Assembly (NCBI GenBank): GCA_029974275.1
Contig: JARKSN010000024.1
Location: 1-33,775, forward strand
Origin: Candidatus Hydrogenedentota bacterium
GTDB taxonomy: Bacteria; Hydrogenedentota; Hydrogenedentia; Hydrogenedentales; SLHB01
Reading direction: 5' to 3'
Length of the DNA stretch: 33,775 nucleotides
Within the stretch, counting starts at the first letter, position 1. Every line of letters starts with the position of its first letter. The translations under genes were made by a program, and so were the position numbers. This document shows, piece by piece, positions 26,052 through 33,775 of the stretch. The notes beneath the pieces were generated by a model. That model searched no databases, had not been told where the DNA came from, and saw nothing but the letters and a program-made list of their open reading frames with translations.

Positions 26052-27328
26052 GGCGTGTCTTTCAGCCCGAAAAGGCGTTTGACGAGGTGCAGGACGGTGT
26101 GCGGGTCTTGATGCGGATGGGCGACTTCCTGTTTGAGTTGGGTCACTGGCCGCTGCAAAATGGCATTGACGAGGCGTTTGGTGAGGTACTCCACCTCGGC
26201 GCGTTGCGCCTCCGATAGTTCGGGAAGGCAACTCAGGGTTTTTTGCAACTCGCGCTCGCGAATGGCGTGGAGTTCCTGGGCCATCGAGACAATGGTCGGT
26301 TCCGCGGCAAGACCGCCCATCCAGACCATGAACTGGTCGACGGCCCGGTCGACGAAAACGTTGGCCTGCGCGATGGCGTTGCGCCGCGACTGGAGGTTGG
26401 CGTCGGCCACTTCTTGAAGGTTGTCGAGGTCGTAGAGATAGACGTCGTCGAGGTCGTTGACGGCGGGATCGATGTTGCGCGGCACGGCGATGTCAATGAC
26501 GAACATGGGCTTGCGTCCGCGTTGAGCGAGCGCCTTGCGGAAATCGTCGGGTCCGAGAATATGATCGGGCGCCGCGGTCGACGAAATCGCGATATCGGCG
26601 CGGTGCAGGTGTTGGGGGAGTTCCTCCAAGGGGGCGGCCTCGCCGCCGAAAGGTTCGGCGAGATGGCGGGCCTTGTCCAGGCTTCGATTCACCACAATCA
26701 CGTTTCGGGCGCCGCGCGACATGAGACTTCGGAGAGCCAGCGCTCCCATTTTTCCGGAGCCGATGACCATCACGGTCTTGTCGGTGAGCCGCATGAAGAT
26801 GTTGACTGCCAGGTCGACCGCAACCGATCCGATCGACACTTTTCCGGCGCAAATGGGCGTTCGGGTGCGAACTTCCTTGGCGAGCGAGAAGGCCCGTTGG
26901 AACAGGGCGTTGATGACCTTGTCCGTCGCGTTCCGTTCCTGCGCCATGAGGTACGCGTCGTGGACCTGCCCCAGAATCTGGCCCTCGCCGACCACGAGAC
27001 TGTCGAGGCTCGTGGCGACGCGGAACAGGTGGGCGACGGCCTCGCGCCCTTCGCGTTCATAGAGGTGCGGCGCGAACACGGACTCCCCCACGGCCCGCGA
27101 AGCGCTCAGGAACCGGCGAATTTCCGAGGCTATCTCCTGCGGCGGCGCGACGTGATGCACGTAGAACTCCACGCGGTTGCAGGTGTTGAGGATGACCGTC
27201 CCGGCTCCATCGAGGCGCCGGCGGACATCGAGCAGCGCGCCGGGCAAGGCGTCCGGCGCGAAGGTCATGCGTTCGCGCACGTCCAAGGGGCAGGCGCGAT
27301 GACTGAGGCCGCACACCACGAGGCTCAT
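26048..27328 (-). CDS. hemA: Glutamyl-tRNA reductase
   Basis: GLSH, TCNRVE (catalytic Cys), SLDSLVVGEGQILGQV, IGSGKMG, DIAVPRNID. Start ATG 27328 overlaps the upstream stop. Confidence 0.96.
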   Translation of the reverse strand: MSLVVCGLSHRACPLDVRERMTFAPDALPGALLDVRRRLDGAGTVILNTCNRVEFYVHHVAPPQEIASEIRRFLSASRAVGESVFAPHLYEREGREAVAHLFRVATSLDSLVVGEGQILGQVHDAYLMAQERNATDKVINALFQRAFSLAKEVRTRTPICAGKVSIGSVAVDLAVNIFMRLTDKTVMVIGSGKMGALALRSLMSRGARNVIVVNRSLDKARHLAEPFGGEAAPLEELPQHLHRADIAISSTAAPDHILGPDDFRKALAQRGRKPMFVIDIAVPRNIDPAVNDLDDVYLYDLDNLQEVADANLQSRRNAIAQANVFVDRAVDQFMVWMGGLAAEPTIVSMAQELHAIRERELQKTLSCLPELSEAQRAEVEYLTKRLVNAILQRPVTQLKQEVAHPHQDPHTVLHLVKRLFGLKDTP

Positions 27329-28173
27329 TCGCCGCCCCTCCAGAAGTGGAACTCGCGCACTCCCGATAGGCTCATCGCAATGTATGCGGCCAAGAGCGTC
27401 GTGAATCCGAAAAACACCCACAGCGCAAGCTTGCGCCCTCGCAGTAAATCGTTGCGACGGCCATGAAAGCAAAATGCATAGAACGCGGCCATTACGAAAG
27501 CCGCCACGATTTTCGGAGCCAGCCACCAATGCGGGCCCAACAATTCCGGGTCGCGATGCGCCCATGCGACGCCCAGGATCAGCGTGGCGAGAAAGGCCGG
27601 ATATCCATACCCGATCAATTGGTACAGCGTCTTGTCGAGCTGCTCCAGCGAAGGCAGGCGCATCATCAATCCCGCCACGCGGCGGCGCTTGAGCCAGGCG
27701 GTCTGCAAGAGATACACCATGCTCGTGAGGCTGGCGACGAAAAACGACGCATAGGCCAGCAGGGCAAGGCCGACATGAAGAGCCAAGGGCAGTCCGTGCA
27801 GCGTTTTCGGGGTTTGCGCGAGAAAGACGTGGAAAACAGCAGCATTGATGGCGTAGACGAGGGTCAGCGCGGGCAGGCAAAACGCCAGCAGCCCCCGCAT
27901 GAGAGGACCCCGCGAAATGATCAGCGTGATGGTCAGGCTCAGCAGCGTCAAAACGTTGATGGAATCGCCGGCGGTGGCGAGGGGAACCCGGCCCCACGTC
28001 GCCCACCGAACGGCGAAGGTGATCGTCAGCGCCGCCGCGCCGAGCCAGGCCATCGCCCGAGCGACACGCAATGACCCCAGCGCATTACGGCGCAAGTACG
28101 CCATCGCGCTTACCGATCCCGCGAGACAACATGCCAGTCCCGTCGCAAACGCCGTGATCGTCAACGCCGTCAT
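27325..28173 (-). CDS. Cytochrome c assembly family (CcsA/HemX-like) membrane protein
   Basis: About 8 TM segments, LHV, LPSLEQLD, ILGVAWA...W..PK; classic position upstream of hemA. Confidence 0.85.
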   Translation of the reverse strand: MTALTITAFATGLACCLAGSVSAMAYLRRNALGSLRVARAMAWLGAAALTITFAVRWATWGRVPLATAGDSINVLTLLSLTITLIISRGPLMRGLLAFCLPALTLVYAINAAVFHVFLAQTPKTLHGLPLALHVGLALLAYASFFVASLTSMVYLLQTAWLKRRRVAGLMMRLPSLEQLDKTLYQLIGYGYPAFLATLILGVAWAHRDPELLGPHWWLAPKIVAAFVMAAFYAFCFHGRRNDLLRGRKLALWVFFGFTTLLAAYIAMSLSGVREFHFWRGGE

Positions 28174-28224
28174 GTTGGCTCTCCCCTATCGAGATGCTTG
28201 CGGGAAACCGTCCCAAGGGAGGGA

Positions 28225-28233
28225 TTCTATCAT
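28225..28233 (-). promoter_or_regulatory. Extended -10 promoter for the ccsA-hemA-hemCD operon
   Basis: Minus strand TGaTAGAAT about 50 nt upstream of ATG 28173. Confidence 0.45.
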
Positions 28234-28283
28234 ACTGGGGACCTGCAGGCCGCGCTTTGTCGTCGCTTCGGGCTGCGGGATGG

Positions 28284-29285
28284 TCAGGGCGCGGACCGCA
28301 ACGCGACGGGGCTGGCCTGAATCAAGCGGAACCGGCCATTCTCGGCGCTGGGCGCGGTCAGCAATAGCGTTGATCCCCAGGGCACGCGCCGCATGGACTC
28401 GGGTGGGGCGTCCGGGCCCGCAAGATTGCCCGTCGCGAGCAGGCCGTCAAGGGGCGCATCGACAAACAACGCGAGTTGGGTCCGCATGCCCATGGTCAAT
28501 ACATAGCGGAACGTCACGCCTATAGACCAGCGACAAGGCTTGAGCGCGCGGCGCAACCGCTCGATATTTCCGTTTTGACATCCCATGTCGGGAGCCGGCG
28601 GATAGTCCGCTGTATCGAAGACGAGAAACCCGTCCTGACCGAAGCGAACGGCATAGGCATCGCGCCGGAAGTATGCCGCCGCCGCAGGATAGTCGCGTTC
28701 TCCCGGAGCCACGAAGGTCGGCAGCGCGCACGTGTCCAGCGTTTCGAGAAAGCGGGCAAGAGACGCCGAAGAACCGTCCGTCGAGACATTGCCCGTGATG
28801 AATACCAGGACCGCGCCGCTCGCCTGGACTGCGGTCAGGGCTTGGCGCAGCCCGTCCAAGGAGGCCTTGCCGGCGCTGGAGGAAGCAGGCGCGGCATCGC
28901 CAATATGCGCCAGGACGTACGTTTCGGGAAAGGTATCGAAGACATACACGGCGCGAACATTCACGTCGCTGGGAGCCTGGGGATCTCCAGATTGGAGCGC
29001 GTACGCGCCGGGAGGCGTTCCGGGCGGCACAGATCCTTGTCCGCGCATCCGTCCGTCCGGCATGCGTTCCCACGTCACATCAAGAGGCGTCGCGCCGAGG
29101 GGGCCGGCAAGGCAAAGCGGTTCCTGTGTTGTCGCGACGATCTCGAAAACGCCGCCCGGGGACGTCAAGGCGGGCGCCGCGTTGTGGGGGGCGATCAACA
29201 TGTCGAGGCGGCCGTCGGCCGTGCGCGCCGCAGCGACGTCGGCGAACGCAAAGACCGCAAGCATGACCCATCCGGCGCGTTTCAT
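28284..29285 (-). CDS. Secreted protein with degenerate calcineurin-like metallophosphoesterase fold
   Basis: Signal peptide MKRAGWVML...; motif remnants LAHIGD, FITGN, VAPGERD. ATGA overlap with the upstream gene. Confidence 0.6.
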   Translation of the reverse strand: MKRAGWVMLAVFAFADVAAARTADGRLDMLIAPHNAAPALTSPGGVFEIVATTQEPLCLAGPLGATPLDVTWERMPDGRMRGQGSVPPGTPPGAYALQSGDPQAPSDVNVRAVYVFDTFPETYVLAHIGDAAPASSSAGKASLDGLRQALTAVQASGAVLVFITGNVSTDGSSASLARFLETLDTCALPTFVAPGERDYPAAAAYFRRDAYAVRFGQDGFLVFDTADYPPAPDMGCQNGNIERLRRALKPCRWSIGVTFRYVLTMGMRTQLALFVDAPLDGLLATGNLAGPDAPPESMRRVPWGSTLLLTAPSAENGRFRLIQASPVALRSAP

Positions 29286-30289
29286 TTGCCTTTTCCTCGG
29301 GGACGCCACGCGGGCATGTCGTTGAACTGCCCGTTTGCGGTGATTGGAATCGTTTGCTTGGCGCGCAGATCGGTCACGTACAGCTCCGGCGTCCCGGAGC
29401 GATCGGAGACGAAGGCGATCCATTGGCTGTTGGGCGACCACGCCGGGGCCCAATGATCACAGTTTTGGGAAACGGCCAACGGCTGAACCAAGACGGTGTC
29501 GGGATTGACGCGGTACACGCCGCGGCGACCGTCCCGGAACGATTCGAAGGCGACCCAACGCCCGTCGGGCGACCAGCGCGGAGCCCAATCGGACGCGCGG
29601 TGATTGCTGATGTTGAGAGCGCCGCGTTTGAGCGCGATGACGTATATTTCGCGATCCCCCCCATCGTTCGTCTCGAACAATAGCGAGAAGGCTTTCGGGT
29701 GGGGCTCCGCGAACCACGCCGCGTATTCGCCCTTCGAAGGCATGGCGTTTTCGGGCAGCGGTGACAGGCCGTCGGGACCCGCCAACACAATCTCCGTCGC
29801 GGTCGCCGAGGCCAACCGCTTCACGGCCAACGCAACCACCGTGTCGTTATTGACCCACACAGGACGAAGGAGCCCGGCGCGATCGCCGCCCCACATGGTT
29901 TCCACGTCGCCCTTCATGTCGTACACCGCGATTTTCGACTCGCTCATCGGGCCGCTGCTGTACACGAGACGCGTTCCGTCCGGCGACCATCGGGGAGACG
30001 CGTTCCAGGACTGCGTATGCGCTAGGACCCTCCCGTCCGTTCCGTCGGCGCGGACCACGCGAATGACCTGCGACGCGCCGCTCCCGGATTCAAAGGCGAT
30101 CCACTGCCCGTCCGGCGACCACGTCGGCGCGCTGTCGCGTTGGCCGGCTCCAATGCGCACCGTCTCGCCCGTGGCCACGTCGACGACGCACACGGATTGT
30201 TCCGTGCGGTTTGGGCCGGAGACAAAGGCGATGCGTCCGTCCGGATGTGCGGACAAGCATGCAAATATGGCGACGATAGCGTGAACCAT
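29282..30289 (-). CDS. TolB-like beta-propeller (PD40 repeats)
   Basis: Repeated P.WSPDG..IAF.S units and GRIAFVS N-terminus. ATG 30289 chosen. Confidence 0.85.
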   Translation of the reverse strand: MVHAIVAIFACLSAHPDGRIAFVSGPNRTEQSVCVVDVATGETVRIGAGQRDSAPTWSPDGQWIAFESGSGASQVIRVVRADGTDGRVLAHTQSWNASPRWSPDGTRLVYSSGPMSESKIAVYDMKGDVETMWGGDRAGLLRPVWVNNDTVVALAVKRLASATATEIVLAGPDGLSPLPENAMPSKGEYAAWFAEPHPKAFSLLFETNDGGDREIYVIALKRGALNISNHRASDWAPRWSPDGRWVAFESFRDGRRGVYRVNPDTVLVQPLAVSQNCDHWAPAWSPNSQWIAFVSDRSGTPELYVTDLRAKQTIPITANGQFNDMPAWRPRGKGK

Positions 30290-30367
30290 GCGTGGACTAT
30301 AGCAAAATTGAATCCATGCCAAAAGCGGCGCCACGACGTCTTGGGGAATTCCGCGCTCTCAGGTTCT

Positions 30368-33151
30368 TCATTCCGCGCCGAGCGCAGCGCCAAGCTCATC
30401 GAGAACATCGCCTATTTCCGCGCGCTTGATGAGCAACGCGGAAGGCGTGCGCGGGTAGCTGAGCAGGTCCGGCACAAGCGTTTTCAGATTGGCCGCGGCC
30501 TGCGCACGCGCCAAAAGACCGGCGTCGCCTCCCTTTTGGCGCAGCGCCTCGGTGCGTTCGCGAAGCAAGACCAGATAATCGTAGTCTTCGATGCCGTCGC
30601 GGATGTTCTCCCAGCGAATCGAATCGACCGGCCCTTCCGGCCCGGGGTAGACGAGGAAACCGTTGCCTTGTGTCGGGACGGCATCGACGAGATCGGCATA
30701 GGCGTCGCGCTCCGGATCGCAGACATTGATGCAAGCATAGCGGAATCCCTTGACGCCGAGCGCCCATGCCTGCCAGAAAAGAATGCGATGTTCGATCGAC
30801 GAGAAGTCGATGAAGAAGTTGCCATACGGGCGCGACGGGGCGTCGTTGACGTAGCACCACACCTCGCCGCCTTGCGCAATGCGTTCGAGGATCGGGCGAT
30901 TGTTGACGGTATCGAACATCGGCAAGTGGACCGCCCAGACGTCCGCGCTGTCCGGCAGGAACGGTTGAAGCCCCGACGCGGTGAGCATGGCGGCGATATC
31001 GGGCGCGGTCTGCTTCCATTTCTTGAGACGTTCAAATACGCCGGCCCATTCGCCGTGGCTTGGCTCGTCGGCGATCGGGCAGAAGGCTTGCCCGCGCAGA
31101 TCGTTGTCGACGACGAACCGGTTGGCCGCTGCGAGTGCGGCGGGGGCATCCAGCAATGCCGGCGGCACGGCCACCGAGCTCGCTCCTTGACGACGCAGCC
31201 CCCGCAATTTCGGCGCGTATGCCTGAAGCGCGGCGGCGTAGTCCTCGCTCTTCTCCGGCAGGTGGACCAGCGGCGTGAGCGTCACCCTGTGCCGGAAGGC
31301 GTTGTCCAGGTATGCCTGCGCCAAATCCGCTTCGCTGCCGGTGTAGCGGAGGCGCCTGCATCCTTCGGAAGCGGCCTGCGCCCATATGCCGAAATCCGTC
31401 TTGAGAGCGGGCGTGCGCGGCAGCGCAAAGGTCCGCACCCGCACCCGCACCTTGAACGATACCGGCGCGTCGAGGTCGGGCGAAGAAAGCTCGAAAACGC
31501 CCTCGTAGGGACCCGGAACCTGGTCTGCGGGGATGTACAGCGTAAACCAGATGGGGCTGCTCTCGCCGCCGCGCGCGAGGAACGGCTTGAAGCGCGGCAA
31601 GGCGTCGGGCCACTGCCCCGTGGGTCCCTCGAAATGGGTCGGCACGCGAACGGAATAATACGCCACGTTCGCCACGCGAATGGCAGAGGCGGGGATCGCC
31701 GAACCGCCGGTCTGTCCCGCCAGTTCACGAACCGCGACATTCACGTCGCGCAGCGTTTTGCCCTTGGGCGGATGGACGACGAGTTGGAAAGACTCCGACT
31801 CGTTCCGGGCCATGTCAAGCGTGATGCCCGACATCGCATCGCCGGTGGGCTCGGGCCTGTCTTCCCGGAAGATTTTCTCGACGCTCGACTCGAACCAAAG
31901 GTCCGTTCCGTTCGCTTGAAGCGTGGCCCGGCGCAAAATGCGCGCGCCCCGGTTGAGGATGTCCGGCGCATTCGTCCACGCTTCCAGGGGAGCGCGGCCA
32001 GGCTTGCCCACGACGAATTGGGTGTCGATGCCGCCGTGCGGCGATCCCGTCTCGCCGCCCAACGAAAACGGTTTGCCGCCTGCGTCGAGTTTTGCGAGCA
32101 ACGCGTACGCCCCGTCGCCGGGGGCCGTCCACGGAAACGTGCAACGGATGGGCACGTCGGGCGTCAACGTAAACTGTTTCGGCGCAAGCTGCCACACCTG
32201 ACCGTCCGCCGCGGAACGAATCGCCGCGCGAATGCGCAACAGCGGCAGTTTCCTGGCCCCCGCGAGGACAAGCTCGACGCGGTCGCCTTTGTAATCCACC
32301 TGTCCCGCGAACTCTTCCGAGGCGAAATCGACGTGCGACAAACCGCGCACGACGTTCAGAAAATAGGTTGTCTCGACGGTTTCGCCGGGCTTGAAGGTCC
32401 GAGGCACAAAGGCCGCCTGGAACCCAAAAACGTTTTGCGCCACCTCCGTCCGCGCAAGCAACGAGTGGAGCAGGTTTGCATGGAACACGGCGTACACCGT
32501 TTCTTTGGCGACGGGATCGGTGGCCGCCGCCCAATTGCGCGATGCGGGATAAAAAGCGCTCCTCGTCGCGCGGACGATGCCGTCCAGCGTCGGGAAATCG
32601 ATGCGGTCCTCCGGGTCCAACGTCCCGCCCGGGGCAATGCTGTTGCCAACCCACGGAGCCACCCAGTGCTCCTCGTCGCCCTTGTTGACGATGGCCCACC
32701 GAATGCGCAACGAACTTGTATCGGGCAGCGCCTCGACCGTGCGCACAACGCGCAACCCCTTGATATTCGGGCCGTCTGCGTCATACGAATAACGCGCCAC
32801 GCGCCGCCCGCCCGGCTCCTCGACGATATCCACCCGCTCGTTGAGACGCCGCCCGGGAACGTACAGACTGGGGACGCCAAAGCCCTCGTTCAACAATCCG
32901 CCGACGCCGGCCAGATTGTGACGGGTCGTTTTTAGCGTGAACTCCGAAGCCCTCGCGCCGTTTTCCGGCGCGAGGATCATGCGCACATACGCCGTCTCGA
33001 TAGGGTCCGGACCCGACACCTCCCCCGACGCAACGGCAGCCGGAAGCGCAAGAACAACCCCCAAAAACGCGCCTCTCCTAAGGCCAACATCCCGAAAAAC
33101 GGCGATTCCCCATTTCACGGCAACAGATGTGCGAAAAAGACCCGCAAACAC
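30368..33151 (-). CDS. Secreted DUF4091 / GH123-like glycoside hydrolase-domain protein
   Basis: ARNESESFQL, WPDAL, PIWFTLYIP....G.Y.G, DEP, G.LVYPG..GPVDSIRWE.IRDGIEDYDY (DUF4091 signature); N-terminal hydrophobic signal. Confidence 0.8.
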   Translation of the reverse strand: MFAGLFRTSVAVKWGIAVFRDVGLRRGAFLGVVLALPAAVASGEVSGPDPIETAYVRMILAPENGARASEFTLKTTRHNLAGVGGLLNEGFGVPSLYVPGRRLNERVDIVEEPGGRRVARYSYDADGPNIKGLRVVRTVEALPDTSSLRIRWAIVNKGDEEHWVAPWVGNSIAPGGTLDPEDRIDFPTLDGIVRATRSAFYPASRNWAAATDPVAKETVYAVFHANLLHSLLARTEVAQNVFGFQAAFVPRTFKPGETVETTYFLNVVRGLSHVDFASEEFAGQVDYKGDRVELVLAGARKLPLLRIRAAIRSAADGQVWQLAPKQFTLTPDVPIRCTFPWTAPGDGAYALLAKLDAGGKPFSLGGETGSPHGGIDTQFVVGKPGRAPLEAWTNAPDILNRGARILRRATLQANGTDLWFESSVEKIFREDRPEPTGDAMSGITLDMARNESESFQLVVHPPKGKTLRDVNVAVRELAGQTGGSAIPASAIRVANVAYYSVRVPTHFEGPTGQWPDALPRFKPFLARGGESSPIWFTLYIPADQVPGPYEGVFELSSPDLDAPVSFKVRVRVRTFALPRTPALKTDFGIWAQAASEGCRRLRYTGSEADLAQAYLDNAFRHRVTLTPLVHLPEKSEDYAAALQAYAPKLRGLRRQGASSVAVPPALLDAPAALAAANRFVVDNDLRGQAFCPIADEPSHGEWAGVFERLKKWKQTAPDIAAMLTASGLQPFLPDSADVWAVHLPMFDTVNNRPILERIAQGGEVWCYVNDAPSRPYGNFFIDFSSIEHRILFWQAWALGVKGFRYACINVCDPERDAYADLVDAVPTQGNGFLVYPGPEGPVDSIRWENIRDGIEDYDYLVLLRERTEALRQKGGDAGLLARAQAAANLKTLVPDLLSYPRTPSALLIKRAEIGDVLDELGAALGAE

Positions 33152-33470
33152 GATTCAACACTCCCAAGGCGTCCAAAATATCGGTGCATTATCCGTTTCC
33201 CGACCCGGAGGATCAATCGCTCGCTTCCTTGGAATCCCTGGACAGGCCATGCACGATTACAACCCCGTATGTCTGTAAAAAATCCAAACGCTTGCATTCA
33301 AGGCTTTTTCGCGCCATACGCGGCGAACGAACTCCCCTCCTTCCCTTTTCTGCGAGCGCGCACAAGGCAAAAACCAGGGCATATTACAGCGCCACACCCC
33401 AACAAAAAAACACGGAGCGCATTTCGGCCAATAAAGACAAGGGTTTGCATGAGGGGGCAAGAGAAGGGAA

Positions 33471-33515
33471 TGGCGTACCCGGAGGGACTCGAACCCCCAA
33501 CCCCTTGGTCCGTAG
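33471..33515 (-). tRNA. 3' fragment of tRNA-Arg(ACG), not a complete gene
   Basis: Minus strand CTACGGA-CCAAG-GGGTT-GGGGG-TTCGAGT-CCCTC-CGGGTAC-G-CCA gives the anticodon loop, T-arm and CCA. The 5' acceptor strand and the start of the D-arm are absent. Confidence 0.88.
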
Positions 33516-33775
33516 ACAAGCTCTATCAAGTTGCAACACATTGGAAACCAACGACTTACAACGCGCAAAAAATCCCGTTGCCCCAACGGTTGCACCAGAA
33601 TTCAAAATCGACCGCAAGCAAGCACTACTCGAAACGCTTCGCGGGATGGGCCGGGATGAACTCTTGGCGTTGCTCGCGGACGTGCTGAGCGGCGGGGGGT
33701 CCTAACGAAAAACACGAAGCGATCGCGGCGACGTAGGCTGTGCTAGTCGAATAGGTACGGGTCCTCCTGGGGGGC
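33471..33775. mobile_element. att junction and edge of an integrated element (tRNA-Arg target) extending beyond the window
   Basis: Displaced tRNA 3' half followed by an IHF-like site AACCAACGACTTA (33546-33558) and GTTGCMMCA direct repeats (33530, 33577, 33589). No integrase gene in the window. Confidence 0.65.

Noticed and set aside
27329..28006. N-terminal extension of HemA (652-aa ORF); similar extensions for hemC, thiD, fliC copy A and rpsF
   Set aside because: They overlap other genes or leaders; internal starts with SD or ATGA coupling match the family N-termini.
30301..30320. sigma54 promoter (TGGCA...TTGC)
   Set aside because: Spacing between the GG and GC elements is too long for a -24/-12 promoter.
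30140..32935. 931-aa plus-strand ORF (likewise 11260-13611, 3212-4426, 9250-10599, 26243-27466)
   Set aside because: Codon-register antisense frames of well-supported minus-strand genes.
33471..33545. Complete tRNA-Arg gene
   Set aside because: No 5' acceptor strand complementary to CGGGTAC and no intact D-arm; treated as an att fragment.

Overview
GC-rich bacterial chromosomal window, mostly housekeeping genes. The lineage cannot be proven from sequence alone; gene order and protein style are compatible with Ca. Hydrogenedentota or a similar deep-branching flagellated bacterium (inference). Left to right: two GTAG-type REP-like hairpins, an unannotated 43-aa membrane ORF, and comEC (+). Converging on these is the rpsF-ssb-rpsR-DUF2232-rplI-dnaB operon (-), preceded by a GT-C-like membrane protein, a B12-binding radical SAM enzyme, a carboxypeptidase-regulatory-like repeat protein, flaG and two near-identical 271-aa flagellins under a near-consensus sigma28 promoter with a ~425-nt GGA-rich leader. 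Then thiD and an oppABC-[DUF4145]-oppD-oppF operon (+) in which oppF is broken. Then, on the minus strand, a lipoprotein, ccsA/hemX-hemA-hemC/hemD fusion, a degenerate metallophosphoesterase, a TolB-like protein and a DUF4091 protein. The window ends with the 3' half of a tRNA-Arg(ACG), probably the att boundary of an integrated element that continues beyond the window. No CRISPR array, rRNA or intact transposase is visible. The most interesting signals are the flagellin leader architecture, the AT-richer DUF4145 cassette with its ATCTGTG repeat and local skew flip, the att junction with a read-through tail ORF, the SSB-like tail on DnaB, and the oppF lesions. All family calls come from motif recognition, not database searches.
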